Below are positions 28,590 through 37,967 of a stretch of DNA of 64,000 nucleotides, piece after piece; position 1 is the stretch's first letter; each line of letters starts with the position of its first letter. A program made the position numbers and the translations under genes. The notes below the pieces were generated by a model that searched no databases, was not told where the DNA came from, and worked only from the letters and a program-made list of their open reading frames with translations. The stretch comes from a virus (Duplodnaviria > Caudoviricetes). The stretch lies in the IMG/VR virus record IMGVR_UViG_3300028844_006787; one strand, given 5' to 3'.

Positions 28590-29933
28590 ATGAGTAAATA
28601 TGTTGATAGTATAATACAAAAAGTAGAAGAACGGAATCACTCCGAGCCAACTTTTATTCAAGCAGTAAAAGAGGTTTATAGTAGTCTTCATAATGTGTTT
28701 CAAAAACATTCCGAATTTAAAAAAGTTAATTTACTTGAACGACTTGCAGAACCAGAAAAACAAATAATGTTTAGCATACCTTGGATAGATGAAATTGGAA
28801 ACGTTCATGTAAATCGTGGATACAGAGTTCAGTTTAATAGTGTATTAGGACCATACAAAGGTGGTTTAAGATTTCACCCAAGTGTGAATATAAGCACTAT
28901 GAAATTTCTAGGATTTGAACAAACTTTTAAAAATAGTTTAACCGGACTACAAATCGGTGGTGCTAAAGGTGGAAGTGATTTTGATCCAAACGGAAAAACC
29001 GATTTGGAGATAATGAGGTTCTGTCAATCGTTTATGATGAAACTACATGATCACCTTGGACATAAAACTGATGTTCCTGCAGGAGACATTGGGGTGGGTT
29101 TTAAAGAGATAGGTTATCTGTTTGGACAATACAAAGCACTTCACAGTAAATATGAACCAGGACTCATTACAGGTAAATCACCAGACTGGGGTGGAATACA
29201 CGGTAGAAAAGAAGCAACAGGATACGGGGCAATTTATTTTATCGAGGAGATGTTAAAAAACCACCACACTAATTTAAAAGGAAAAGTATTAACGGTGAGT
29301 GGATTTGGCCAAGTTGCATTTGGTGTAGTAAAAAAAGCAATAGATATGGGTGCTAAAGTAGTAACAATATCTGGTCCGGATGGTTACATATATATGAAAA
29401 CTGGAATTAAAAAATCACAAGTTGATTATATGGAAACACTTAGAAACTCAAACCAAGATATTGTAAAACCTTTTGCAGAAAAATATAATGCAGACTTTAT
29501 TCCTAACAAGAAACCCTGGGAAGTTCGTTGTGATATAGCAATTCCGTGTGCAATTCAAAATGAAATAAACGAAACAGATGCGGAAATGCTTATTGATAAC
29601 GATTGCAAATTTATAGCCGAAGCAGCGAATATGCCATGTACAGAGGAAGCAATTAAATTATTTAATAAAAAATTAGTTGTAGTTGCTCCAAGTAAAGCAG
29701 TAAACGCAGGAGGTGTGGCAGTATCTGCACTAGAAATGAGACAAAATGCAGGGTGGGATAAATGGCAATTACCACAAGTAGATAATAAACTAAGAGAAAT
29801 TATGCGTCAAATACACGACTCGTGTCTTAAACACGCAAGAAAATATGGAAACGAGGGTGATTATACTCTGGGAGCAAATGTAGCAGGATTTCTAAGAGTA
29901 GCAACTGCGGCTATTGCACATGGTATTATCTAA
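28590..29933 (+). CDS. Second glutamate dehydrogenase (possibly NAD-preferring)
   Basis: Likely start MSKYVDS at 28590; same catalytic motifs but SGFGQVA and ISGPDGY in the nucleotide-binding domain. Confidence 0.95.
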   Translation: MSKYVDSIIQKVEERNHSEPTFIQAVKEVYSSLHNVFQKHSEFKKVNLLERLAEPEKQIMFSIPWIDEIGNVHVNRGYRVQFNSVLGPYKGGLRFHPSVNISTMKFLGFEQTFKNSLTGLQIGGAKGGSDFDPNGKTDLEIMRFCQSFMMKLHDHLGHKTDVPAGDIGVGFKEIGYLFGQYKALHSKYEPGLITGKSPDWGGIHGRKEATGYGAIYFIEEMLKNHHTNLKGKVLTVSGFGQVAFGVVKKAIDMGAKVVTISGPDGYIYMKTGIKKSQVDYMETLRNSNQDIVKPFAEKYNADFIPNKKPWEVRCDIAIPCAIQNEINETDAEMLIDNDCKFIAEAANMPCTEEAIKLFNKKLVVVAPSKAVNAGGVAVSALEMRQNAGWDKWQLPQVDNKLREIMRQIHDSCLKHARKYGNEGDYTLGANVAGFLRVATAAIAHGII

Positions 29934-30348
29934 ATATCATATCAAGATCGGATATACTTACTTCTTGTTTTTTAAGAGTTCTGAGAATTTTTTCAGGTAC
30001 ATATACCATTTTATTACTCATAAAAAGCATATCTTCGTTTCTTGGTTTAGAATAACAAAAAACTCCTATTGAACTACTTGTTACATTAAATAATTTAAAT
30101 TCACTAATTTGTCCAATTGAATATTTTCTTTTATTTGATTTTGAATATTCTCTTTCTATAATATTACCAAACTTATCTTCTATTTCTTTATCTTCACGAT
30201 CACATTCATATAATCCGTGCATCGTCCACTTTAAACACTCTAATAATGAATTACTTTCATGCATCGCATCGAAGTCCTCACCCACCAAGGTTATCTTAGC
30301 ACGATACATTGGTTTGTTAAGTATTTTAGCAATTATTTCTTTAACCAT
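29926..30348 (-). CDS. Hypothetical protein
   Basis: 140 aa; TATTTATA 3 nt before ATG. Confidence 0.7.
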   Translation of the reverse strand: MVKEIIAKILNKPMYRAKITLVGEDFDAMHESNSLLECLKWTMHGLYECDREDKEIEDKFGNIIEREYSKSNKRKYSIGQISEFKLFNVTSSSIGVFCYSKPRNEDMLFMSNKMVYVPEKILRTLKKQEVSISDLDMIFR

Positions 30349-30432
30349 ATATATAAATATATAAACAACACTAATTATTTAGTTGTATAAACAACAATAA
30401 TATACTAAAATAGTTTAAAAAAGTCAAATATT

Positions 30433-31524
30433 ATGAGTGAAGATTACTATAAAATTTTAAATGTATCAAAAAGTGCATCTAAAGATGAACTAAAAAAAGC
30501 ATATAGAAAACTTGCTATCAAGTGGCATCCAGATAAAAATAAAGATAACCCGGAAGCAGAAGAAAAATTCAAAGAGATTTCAGAAGCATATGATATTTTA
30601 TCAGATGAAAATAAAAGATCACAATATGATCAGTTTGGACACTCAGCATTTAAACAAGGTGGTATGGGAGGCAACGCAGGATTTCAAGGTGATCCATTTG
30701 ATATGTTTAATTCGTTTTTTAACGGAGGAGCAGGACCAGGAGGTTTTGGAGACTTTTTTGACTCAGGAATGGGTGGAACCCGAGAAAATTATGGTAAGCA
30801 AAAAAAAGCAAGTGGTTCAAATTTGAAAATAGATATTGAAGTATCTCTACTGGAAATTATAAACGAAACAAACAAAAACATAAATTACACAAGAAATGGT
30901 TTGTGTGATGCTTGTTCAGGATCCGGACAAACAGAACATTCACGTTTAAAGAATTGTACACAATGTGGTGGTGCTGGTGCGGTTTATAGACGCATGGGAC
31001 CTATGCAAGTGCAACAAACTTGTCCTACGTGTGGTGGTCTTGGAACTATTCTTCAAAACCCGTGTACACCATGTCAAGGTGCAGGTATAATGGAAGAGAA
31101 AATAAATACAAATGTTAAAATACCAAAGGGTTGTCAATCAGGAGTTAAACTACGAATGACCGATATGGGTAACTTTGGTGGTAGAGATGGTAGTTTTGGT
31201 GATTTATTTGTAGTTATTTATGTACGCAAAGATTCTTATTTTGAAAGAGATGGTAATGATTTAATTTGCGAAGAAAAAATTGATTTTTATGATATGATCC
31301 TCGGAGGAACTAAAACAATTAAATCATTATATGGTAAAGTGAATGTTAAAATACCACGTGGTTCACAACCAGAAACGGTATTAAGAGTAGGTGACTATGG
31401 TCTTCCAAATATGAGAAGTGATAACATAAAGGGAGATTTATTTGTTGTATTGAAACCAAATTTTCCTGAAAAGATCAATTCAGAACAACAAAGTATTCTA
31501 GAACTATATAAGAAAAGTCTTTAA
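30433..31524 (+). CDS. dnaJ: Chaperone DnaJ (class A)
   Basis: J-domain HPD, G/F-rich linker, four CxxCxGxG repeats. Confidence 0.98.
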   Translation: MSEDYYKILNVSKSASKDELKKAYRKLAIKWHPDKNKDNPEAEEKFKEISEAYDILSDENKRSQYDQFGHSAFKQGGMGGNAGFQGDPFDMFNSFFNGGAGPGGFGDFFDSGMGGTRENYGKQKKASGSNLKIDIEVSLLEIINETNKNINYTRNGLCDACSGSGQTEHSRLKNCTQCGGAGAVYRRMGPMQVQQTCPTCGGLGTILQNPCTPCQGAGIMEEKINTNVKIPKGCQSGVKLRMTDMGNFGGRDGSFGDLFVVIYVRKDSYFERDGNDLICEEKIDFYDMILGGTKTIKSLYGKVNVKIPRGSQPETVLRVGDYGLPNMRSDNIKGDLFVVLKPNFPEKINSEQQSILELYKKSL

Positions 31525-31827
31525 TTACTTTTTCTTGGGACCTTTAGACCTAATTGGCACAGACTTATTAGATTGAGAATAACTTGTTTTATTTCTAAGT
31601 CTATATATAATACGTGCTTTACTTGTATCGTATTTGCTGATTTCAAGTAAAACTTTATCACCCACCGTTAATTTAATAAAATGTTGTTTTAGTTTTCCCG
31701 CAAGGGAGCAGAGTAATATCATACTCTGCTCACCTTGGGTAATTTCAACATCAAACATCGTTCCAGGAAGAAGTTTTTTTACAACTCCTTCAATCTCGAA
31801 TATATCAGGATTATTTTTTCGTGACAT
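31525..31827 (-). CDS. infA: Translation initiation factor IF-1 with basic C-terminal extension
   Basis: EIEGVVKKLLPGTMFDV...LAGKLKQHFIKLTVGDKVLLEISKYDTSKARIIYR. Confidence 0.92.
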   Translation of the reverse strand: MSRKNNPDIFEIEGVVKKLLPGTMFDVEITQGEQSMILLCSLAGKLKQHFIKLTVGDKVLLEISKYDTSKARIIYRLRNKTSYSQSNKSVPIRSKGPKKK

Positions 31828-31835
31828 ACTAAGAA

Positions 31836-32480
31836 TTAGGTAAGAATTTCGTCAACCAAACCATACTTCAAGCAAGTTTTGGCATCCCACCACAAATCAT
31901 GTTTGAGAATCTCATCCATTTTTACTTTGGGAATCTTGGTTCTTTCTTCGTATATTTCTTTTATACGTTTCATTAAAGCATCAGAGTTCTTCATATCATC
32001 TTGAAGTTCCTGATATTTGCCCCAATGTTGCGAACTAAGTTGATGAACAAGCATATAAGAATTCTCACCAATAAATCGTTGATCACCACATACACTCATA
32101 ATGGTACCTGCACTAGCCGCACATCCATCTATATATGTATATATAGGAGTCTTGCTTTGCTTCATATAATCAATGCTTCCAAAAGCAGCGAATACACTAC
32201 CTCCATAACTATTAATTTTTAAATGAATTGGAATCGGAACTTTAAGACCAAGTTTCATTGAAATCATTTGCATTTCACGATCTAATCTTGAAATTTCCTT
32301 ATTAAGAGTAAAGTTTTCTTTCATAGATACTCCGGCATAAAAGTAAATGATATTATCATCACCTTCTACCGTATCCATAGAACTATCTTTTGCGTTACTC
32401 TTTGGTTGTTTTACCACCTTCTTTTTAGTGGGTTTATTTTTTGGAGGAGTGTCTCCTGAATTTATTTCCCAATTATACAT
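31836..32480 (-). CDS. ClpP-like (S14) protease
   Basis: INSYGGSV, GCAASAGT (Ser), MLVHQ (His), KHDLWW (Asp), YGLVDEI. Confidence 0.92.
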   Translation of the reverse strand: MYNWEINSGDTPPKNKPTKKKVVKQPKSNAKDSSMDTVEGDDNIIYFYAGVSMKENFTLNKEISRLDREMQMISMKLGLKVPIPIHLKINSYGGSVFAAFGSIDYMKQSKTPIYTYIDGCAASAGTIMSVCGDQRFIGENSYMLVHQLSSQHWGKYQELQDDMKNSDALMKRIKEIYEERTKIPKVKMDEILKHDLWWDAKTCLKYGLVDEILT

Positions 32481-32498
32481 AATTTTATTATTTAATGA

Positions 32499-32705
32499 TT
32501 AACGAATCTTTTTAGGTTTATCGGTACGAACGATAGAAATCTTGGAAGACGGATCGTGTCGTTTGCAAAGATTAATCCAATATTGGGATTCAGATTTTGC
32601 ATCACTTTCATTAAGAAAGTTTTTATCCGAGGTTCTACGATTATCACGTGTAACAACAAAATATGTTTTGGATGTCGTGGTGTGAGTGTCTCTATATGTT
32701 TTCAT
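32499..32705 (-). CDS. Hypothetical protein
   Basis: 68 aa ORF. Confidence 0.65.
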   Translation of the reverse strand: MKTYRDTHTTTSKTYFVVTRDNRRTSDKNFLNESDAKSESQYWINLCKRHDPSSKISIVRTDKPKKIR

Positions 32706-32725
32706 ATATATATTTATGTATATTT

Positions 32726-34327
32726 TTAGTTATTGTTTGGAAGAATAATATTATCAGTTTTTTCAATCTTTACAACACTTTCTTCGTTAGATTTTTTAGA
32801 GTCTTTGCCGACAACGTCGGAAGAATTTTTTTTCGTGGCATAACATGATGCATCTTGAAACATATCTTCGTCAAAATTCATTTGGTTTGGATGATCTTTA
32901 CGGGGTTCACCTTTATAATCAAATCCTTCATATTTCAATTCATCAATAACATCATCAATAATTTGGTAGTAACTAATGTTACCGTGTTCTTTACTATATT
33001 TGTCTTGATGCTTTTCAAAAATATCTTGTGCTTTTGGATGTAAATCTTTGCGTGAGTTTTCGTGAGTTAGCTTATCAACAACTTCCCATTGAGTATTAGA
33101 TATACCATGCCACTCATAAGTAAAACTTTCATTCTTCTTTAATTCCTCACCATGACGTTCAGCAGCCTCTTGTATTGGATGTTTAGTTTCGTCTTGACCG
33201 ACAACGTCGAAAGAATTTTTTTCGGATGGTTGTTCGTTTGCGTAATCGGTGCTATTATACATTGCACTAATCATATCAACATCAATTATGCCATCAATAT
33301 CATAGTGGTCGAAAGAATTTTTTTTCACAGGATTATCGGTGCTTTGACGAATGCAACCCGCAAGAATACTTTCTTTGCGTTCAGGTGCGTCAAAATCAAT
33401 TAAACCTTCTACAGGATTACCACAATCATACGAAGGTGGTGAACATAAAGGACCAGGATCGGAATAAAGATTAGAATCATCGGGTCCTAATTCATCAACA
33501 GATGTCCATTCATCTTCATCCCATGCTTCATCGTCATCGTAATCCCCATCCCCAAATGAATCTTCATCATAATACACAGGTGATTCGTATTTAGGAATCA
33601 AGTCAAATGGATTTTCAATTTCTTCGTGTACAACATAACGATAAACACGAACTTTTTGATGTTCAGAATCTTCAGGTACACTTACTACATCCGATGGATT
33701 CACTTTAACAGTTACTAATCTATCTCCTACGGATTTACCAGATTCATCTAACTTAAATTCTCCGTATTGACGAACATATTCAATACTACCGCAATGAAGA
33801 CCACGTGAACAACCACATTTCGGATCAGCAGTTACTTCATTATATGGCATTTTTACTTTATCACCAACTTTATTTGAAATGGTACCAGTGTATTTGTCGG
33901 TATAATCACAATTAATTGCTTTGTATGCAAGAAAACATCCGTCTTCGGTGATAGGCAAATTTTTATGCTCAAGAAAAGTATATAGTTGGTCTACACTTCC
34001 CTCCGATGGATTATCCATAAGATTAACGAGAAAGTTAATTATAGGTTCTACTTTATCGTTGTTGTGTATCATTTCAATGATTCTTTGAGTAAGAACATTA
34101 TGAATGATACTATCATTGTACATTAGATTATCACCTTCTATTTTAATCAAACCATTAGAGAAAGCTTTAAATCCAGTTTTAACATCAAGAAGTTGTTCAA
34201 CTTCGAAAAAATTTTTTAAGATCAATGCTTTCTTAATCTTGTAAAAGTTTGGATGAGTTTTACCTACAACAGAAGGACCGTTTTTTGTAATTAAAGTAAT
34301 AGTGTGATCGGTGATAATATTTTGCAT
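32726..34327 (-). CDS. rIIB-like protein with long acidic C-terminal extension
   Basis: LYTFLEHKNLPITEDGCFLAYKAI...CSRGLHCGS...VKVNPSDVVSVP; lies downstream of rIIA. Confidence 0.9.
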   Translation of the reverse strand: MQNIITDHTITLITKNGPSVVGKTHPNFYKIKKALILKNFFEVEQLLDVKTGFKAFSNGLIKIEGDNLMYNDSIIHNVLTQRIIEMIHNNDKVEPIINFLVNLMDNPSEGSVDQLYTFLEHKNLPITEDGCFLAYKAINCDYTDKYTGTISNKVGDKVKMPYNEVTADPKCGCSRGLHCGSIEYVRQYGEFKLDESGKSVGDRLVTVKVNPSDVVSVPEDSEHQKVRVYRYVVHEEIENPFDLIPKYESPVYYDEDSFGDGDYDDDEAWDEDEWTSVDELGPDDSNLYSDPGPLCSPPSYDCGNPVEGLIDFDAPERKESILAGCIRQSTDNPVKKNSFDHYDIDGIIDVDMISAMYNSTDYANEQPSEKNSFDVVGQDETKHPIQEAAERHGEELKKNESFTYEWHGISNTQWEVVDKLTHENSRKDLHPKAQDIFEKHQDKYSKEHGNISYYQIIDDVIDELKYEGFDYKGEPRKDHPNQMNFDEDMFQDASCYATKKNSSDVVGKDSKKSNEESVVKIEKTDNIILPNNN

Positions 34328-34354
34328 AACAATTTTCTTTCTTATTTAGGACGA

Positions 34355-34576
34355 TTATGATTGTTCTTTACCATCTTCTCCGAGTGGTGCTAATCCTTGC
34401 TTTGCTCTTGCTTTATTTTTATTTGCAATTTGTGATCTATTCATTTTAGGAGTTACCATTGTTCCGTAAATTCCTTTTACCAATGGTCCAGAGGTTCGAC
34501 CGGTTTTTTTTGCGACCTTATATAAACTTGGATGTTTATCTTTATTTGGTAGATTAATTCTTGCTTTTTTGCTCAT
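34355..34576 (-). CDS. Small basic hypothetical protein
   Basis: 73 aa K/R-rich. Confidence 0.65.
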   Translation of the reverse strand: MSKKARINLPNKDKHPSLYKVAKKTGRTSGPLVKGIYGTMVTPKMNRSQIANKNKARAKQGLAPLGEDGKEQS

Positions 34577-34716
34577 TATTGAACCTCATGCTCCGATGGA
34601 TTAGATTGTTTAGTTGATTGTACAGTTGAGTATTTGTATTTCTTAGATAGTTTAGATTGTTTACCCATTCCGAATTTCTTTTTAAGACGGTGTTTCCAAT
34701 GTTGTGATGCTTTCAT
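34576..34716 (-). CDS. Small basic peptide (46 aa, not in ORF track)
   Basis: MKASQHWKHRLKKKFG...; TAATG coupling with downstream gene. Confidence 0.55.
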   Translation of the reverse strand: MKASQHWKHRLKKKFGMGKQSKLSKKYKYSTVQSTKQSNPSEHEVQ

Positions 34717-34848
34717 ATTTATATATATTTGGTTAAAGTTAAATTTAATGTTATAATAATACCTTTTGAATAGTCTTTCGTCAACTTTTTTTTAATTTCT
34801 TCCGAAATCAAAAAAAACTTTCCTTAGACAAATTAGTATCTATTGATA

Positions 34849-37119
34849 TTACTTTTTTGAGTTATTTACTAATTCAATGTAATTGATTAATTCTTGCATA
34901 GGTTCTTTGCTCCAAGATTCGTCGGAAGAGGTGGTTAACGCATGAGACATATATGTTACCATAGGATAGTGATTACGAAGCATTTTTAGCACATCACAGA
35001 GGGTTTTAGAGGCAGTTTGATTAAAGTATTTACTTATGTTATTATCATCTTCAACCCAATTAGTAAATCTTAATAGTGTATTGTAATAGTCTCTATCTTG
35101 TTCATCGAGTGTATTATTAGTTTTTTCGTTGAATAAAACAATTTTGTTTATTTTATTTAATTCTTTTACTAAATTATGATGTTTGCTATTTGAAAGTAAC
35201 ACTACGAGACGTTTAAATAAACGTTTGTTGATTAAGTTACGAGTAAATTTATATGAACCATCGGATTGATGATGCTCGTATTGTTTAGATTTAGAAATCT
35301 TGTATAATCTACTATTTTCATCTTTGAACGAGTATTTAATAAATTCAGTTATATAATCAAATACATTTACAAAGTTTCTTTTGTTTTTAAGTTTCTTGGT
35401 GAATCCGTATTTGATTCCATAAACAACTACTTCGTTTTTTGTTTTACCAAGAACCGATGCTAACAATGTATGAATGTTATTATTAGAATACTCAATATCA
35501 TTGTGTACGATTTTCCAATTCTTGATTGGTACATAATAAGTTCTTTGATTATTATCTAAGTCAAGTAATTCAGCATTATCCCAATTGTTTGCTAATCTCC
35601 AATAACTTCCACCAGTATATTGAAATGCTTCTATTTTATTGTTATTAGAATTTTTGGTACGAGTGGATGTTGGTTTAACGAGAGAAGATGTTTTATGAAG
35701 TTTAAGTGGAAATCCAATTAGTTTTAAATATGCTTTTTCTCGTTTTGAAAAAGATTTAAGTAATACTACAACTTTATTTTCATTGTTGCGGACATAATGA
35801 TTAATACGACCAATATGACCATTCGGTAAATCATTTACAAAGAATTCTACATTGTTGTCAAAAGGAATTACAGAATCTCTTAAACTTCTACGATTAACTC
35901 TATCGGAGTTTGAGGTGTATCTACGAGGAAGACCCAACCAAAAGACTTCATGTTCAATTGACAATGCATACGCATTTTTATCGTTTGTTCCGTGAAAGTT
36001 TTCAAGTAAAGAGTTACCTTTGTAGTTCAATTCAGATTTCCATTTAAAATTAGAAATAACACCATTGCTATGATTGTAAGTGTTTGTATCATCCGAATAT
36101 TCATCGTTCTTGGCAATCATCGCATTGAATAATATACGAGCATCCCAATAAGATTTACATTTATTGATTCGGTCAGTCATAATATCCTTAATTTCATTGG
36201 AAACACGTTCAATGAAATTAACAATATATTCCTTTCCTTCGTTGTTCCATCCAATTTCTTCACGACTTGCAGTAATATCAAGATTACCGATTGGAACACG
36301 AAATACTAAGTTGGACATTAAATTTCTAATTTCGTTTTGCTTTTCCCACGATGGATGTCTACGACGAACAAGTTCATCAATATCATAGTAACTAAGAGGA
36401 TATGTTACATTACCCATTAAAATGACCGAGGAACTATCTCTTTTTTGTTTTTCAACATAATACCAATCTTTACCCTCAAGAATTTTCGTGGGGACATTCA
36501 GAGTATGCTTCGTTGAACCAATGGTAACATTTGGAGTAACATCAAAGTAAGTTAGAATTTCATCAGCAGATTGTTGCATTAAACGATAATGCTCAGAATC
36601 AGTAGGAGTAAACTTGATTTCGGTGCCAGATGCTTCTTTGGTATTTTCTTCGGATACAATAGAAAAATTTGGGACATCTGCATCAAGATAATTAATAACC
36701 GTAGTTTTCTTGCCATTCTTAATGGAAGTAACCGTAAAGGCATCACTAAGAGTAAAAGGAGTTTTACTACCAAGACCCATACAGCCTACAAAGTCGTTGC
36801 TATGAGTTTTATTGCTTTCAAAGTAAGTAGTATAAGTAGTTTCTAATTCTTGCTTGCTCATACCAATGCCATAGTCCCTAATAGAGAACCAAGGCTCTGC
36901 GACAGAGGGCAGATGTACATCAAATGGAGTATGAGTATTACCTTTGGCTACATGAGCATCATATGCGTTAGTAGATAACTCTCGTATAGGAGCAGCTATT
37001 TTATCACTATATAAACCATCACTTAATATCCTAAATGCTTTTGCTGATGCTTTAATTGAATACTGAGTAGTAGCATTAAGATTGTTACTTACTACATTAG
37101 GAGCTGTTTTAAGTTGCAT
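34849..37119 (-). CDS. rIIA-like protein (N-terminal GHKL/HATPase domain)
   Basis: AFRILSDGLYSDKIAAPIRELSTNAYDAH, IRDYGIGM, GCMGLGSK, LDITASRE. Confidence 0.92.
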   Translation of the reverse strand: MQLKTAPNVVSNNLNATTQYSIKASAKAFRILSDGLYSDKIAAPIRELSTNAYDAHVAKGNTHTPFDVHLPSVAEPWFSIRDYGIGMSKQELETTYTTYFESNKTHSNDFVGCMGLGSKTPFTLSDAFTVTSIKNGKKTTVINYLDADVPNFSIVSEENTKEASGTEIKFTPTDSEHYRLMQQSADEILTYFDVTPNVTIGSTKHTLNVPTKILEGKDWYYVEKQKRDSSSVILMGNVTYPLSYYDIDELVRRRHPSWEKQNEIRNLMSNLVFRVPIGNLDITASREEIGWNNEGKEYIVNFIERVSNEIKDIMTDRINKCKSYWDARILFNAMIAKNDEYSDDTNTYNHSNGVISNFKWKSELNYKGNSLLENFHGTNDKNAYALSIEHEVFWLGLPRRYTSNSDRVNRRSLRDSVIPFDNNVEFFVNDLPNGHIGRINHYVRNNENKVVVLLKSFSKREKAYLKLIGFPLKLHKTSSLVKPTSTRTKNSNNNKIEAFQYTGGSYWRLANNWDNAELLDLDNNQRTYYVPIKNWKIVHNDIEYSNNNIHTLLASVLGKTKNEVVVYGIKYGFTKKLKNKRNFVNVFDYITEFIKYSFKDENSRLYKISKSKQYEHHQSDGSYKFTRNLINKRLFKRLVVLLSNSKHHNLVKELNKINKIVLFNEKTNNTLDEQDRDYYNTLLRFTNWVEDDNNISKYFNQTASKTLCDVLKMLRNHYPMVTYMSHALTTSSDESWSKEPMQELINYIELVNNSKK

Positions 37120-37226
37120 AACGGATATTAGTAGATGTATTATATGTTAGTAGATTAATATACTCTGAATAAGAATTACGATTTATTATAGTTATATTAT
37201 AGTTCTTGTGATTATGAATTCAACTT

Positions 37227-37250
37227 ACCATAATACCCCTTAGACGTCAA
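37227..37250 (-). promoter_or_regulatory. sigma70-like early promoter for rIIA
   Basis: TTGACG -35 on minus strand with upstream A-tracts; exact -10 position uncertain. Confidence 0.5.
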
Positions 37251-37332
37251 CATCTATTTTTATAATTTTTTTATAATTTACCTATATCGTTAGTAGGTAA
37301 GGATTTACATTCCGCAAAAATTCTATATCAAC

Positions 37333-37587
37333 TTAGTTAGGATACACAGGTTCCATAATCACATTAGCATCAAGAGAAATTTCATATGCGTGTTCTAATG
37401 AGATTTTATCTCCTACACTTACAATCCTAGAATGAGAGTCATTATCATGCTTATCTATTTCAAAGTAAGCTGCTCCTTCTATTTTTGTAATCTCACAACT
37501 TGTACTGGAATTTAACATTGCAGTAGGATGAGTAGATGTGTAACGTTTAATATACACATTAGGAACTGATTTACCATTCTTGAACAT
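37333..37587 (-). CDS. Hypothetical protein, tandem family member 1
   Basis: Aligns by eye with 37631..37963 (HP...N.S...EI.KIE; VxVGD+IS). Confidence 0.7.
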   Translation of the reverse strand: MFKNGKSVPNVYIKRYTSTHPTAMLNSSTSCEITKIEGAAYFEIDKHDNDSHSRIVSVGDKISLEHAYEISLDANVIMEPVYPN

Positions 37588-37630
37588 AATAGGGAATTAT
37601 ACAGATTCCCCAAAAATAGTCAAGAAGGTT

Positions 37631-37963
37631 TTATGCTTCCAAATTAAGAAAAGTAACAATAACTTTATTATGACGAGAAAGTTGTTCAGCAGCTGCTTGA
37701 GATACTCTGTCTCCTACAGTAACTGATATTTGAGGTCCTTCTCCGTCTGGTTGTTTTGCTTGTTTGTTTACTCGTAAAACAACACCATTTTCAATTTTGC
37801 TTATTTCAAAAGGTTTACTTGCATTGATTTGTACAGATGGATGACTACCAAGTAATCTTTGTATATGTACAATTGTTTTTTCTTCTTGTTTAGGTGCTAC
37901 TACTACTTTCTGTTCCATAACAGATTCTCCATTTTCAGTATTTTTAAAATTTAACCAACTCAT
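37631..37963 (-). CDS. Hypothetical protein, tandem family member 2
   Basis: HPSVQINASKPFEISKIE...VTVGDRVS. Confidence 0.75.
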   Translation of the reverse strand: MSWLNFKNTENGESVMEQKVVVAPKQEEKTIVHIQRLLGSHPSVQINASKPFEISKIENGVVLRVNKQAKQPDGEGPQISVTVGDRVSQAAAEQLSRHNKVIVTFLNLEA

Positions 37964-37967
37964 TTTA

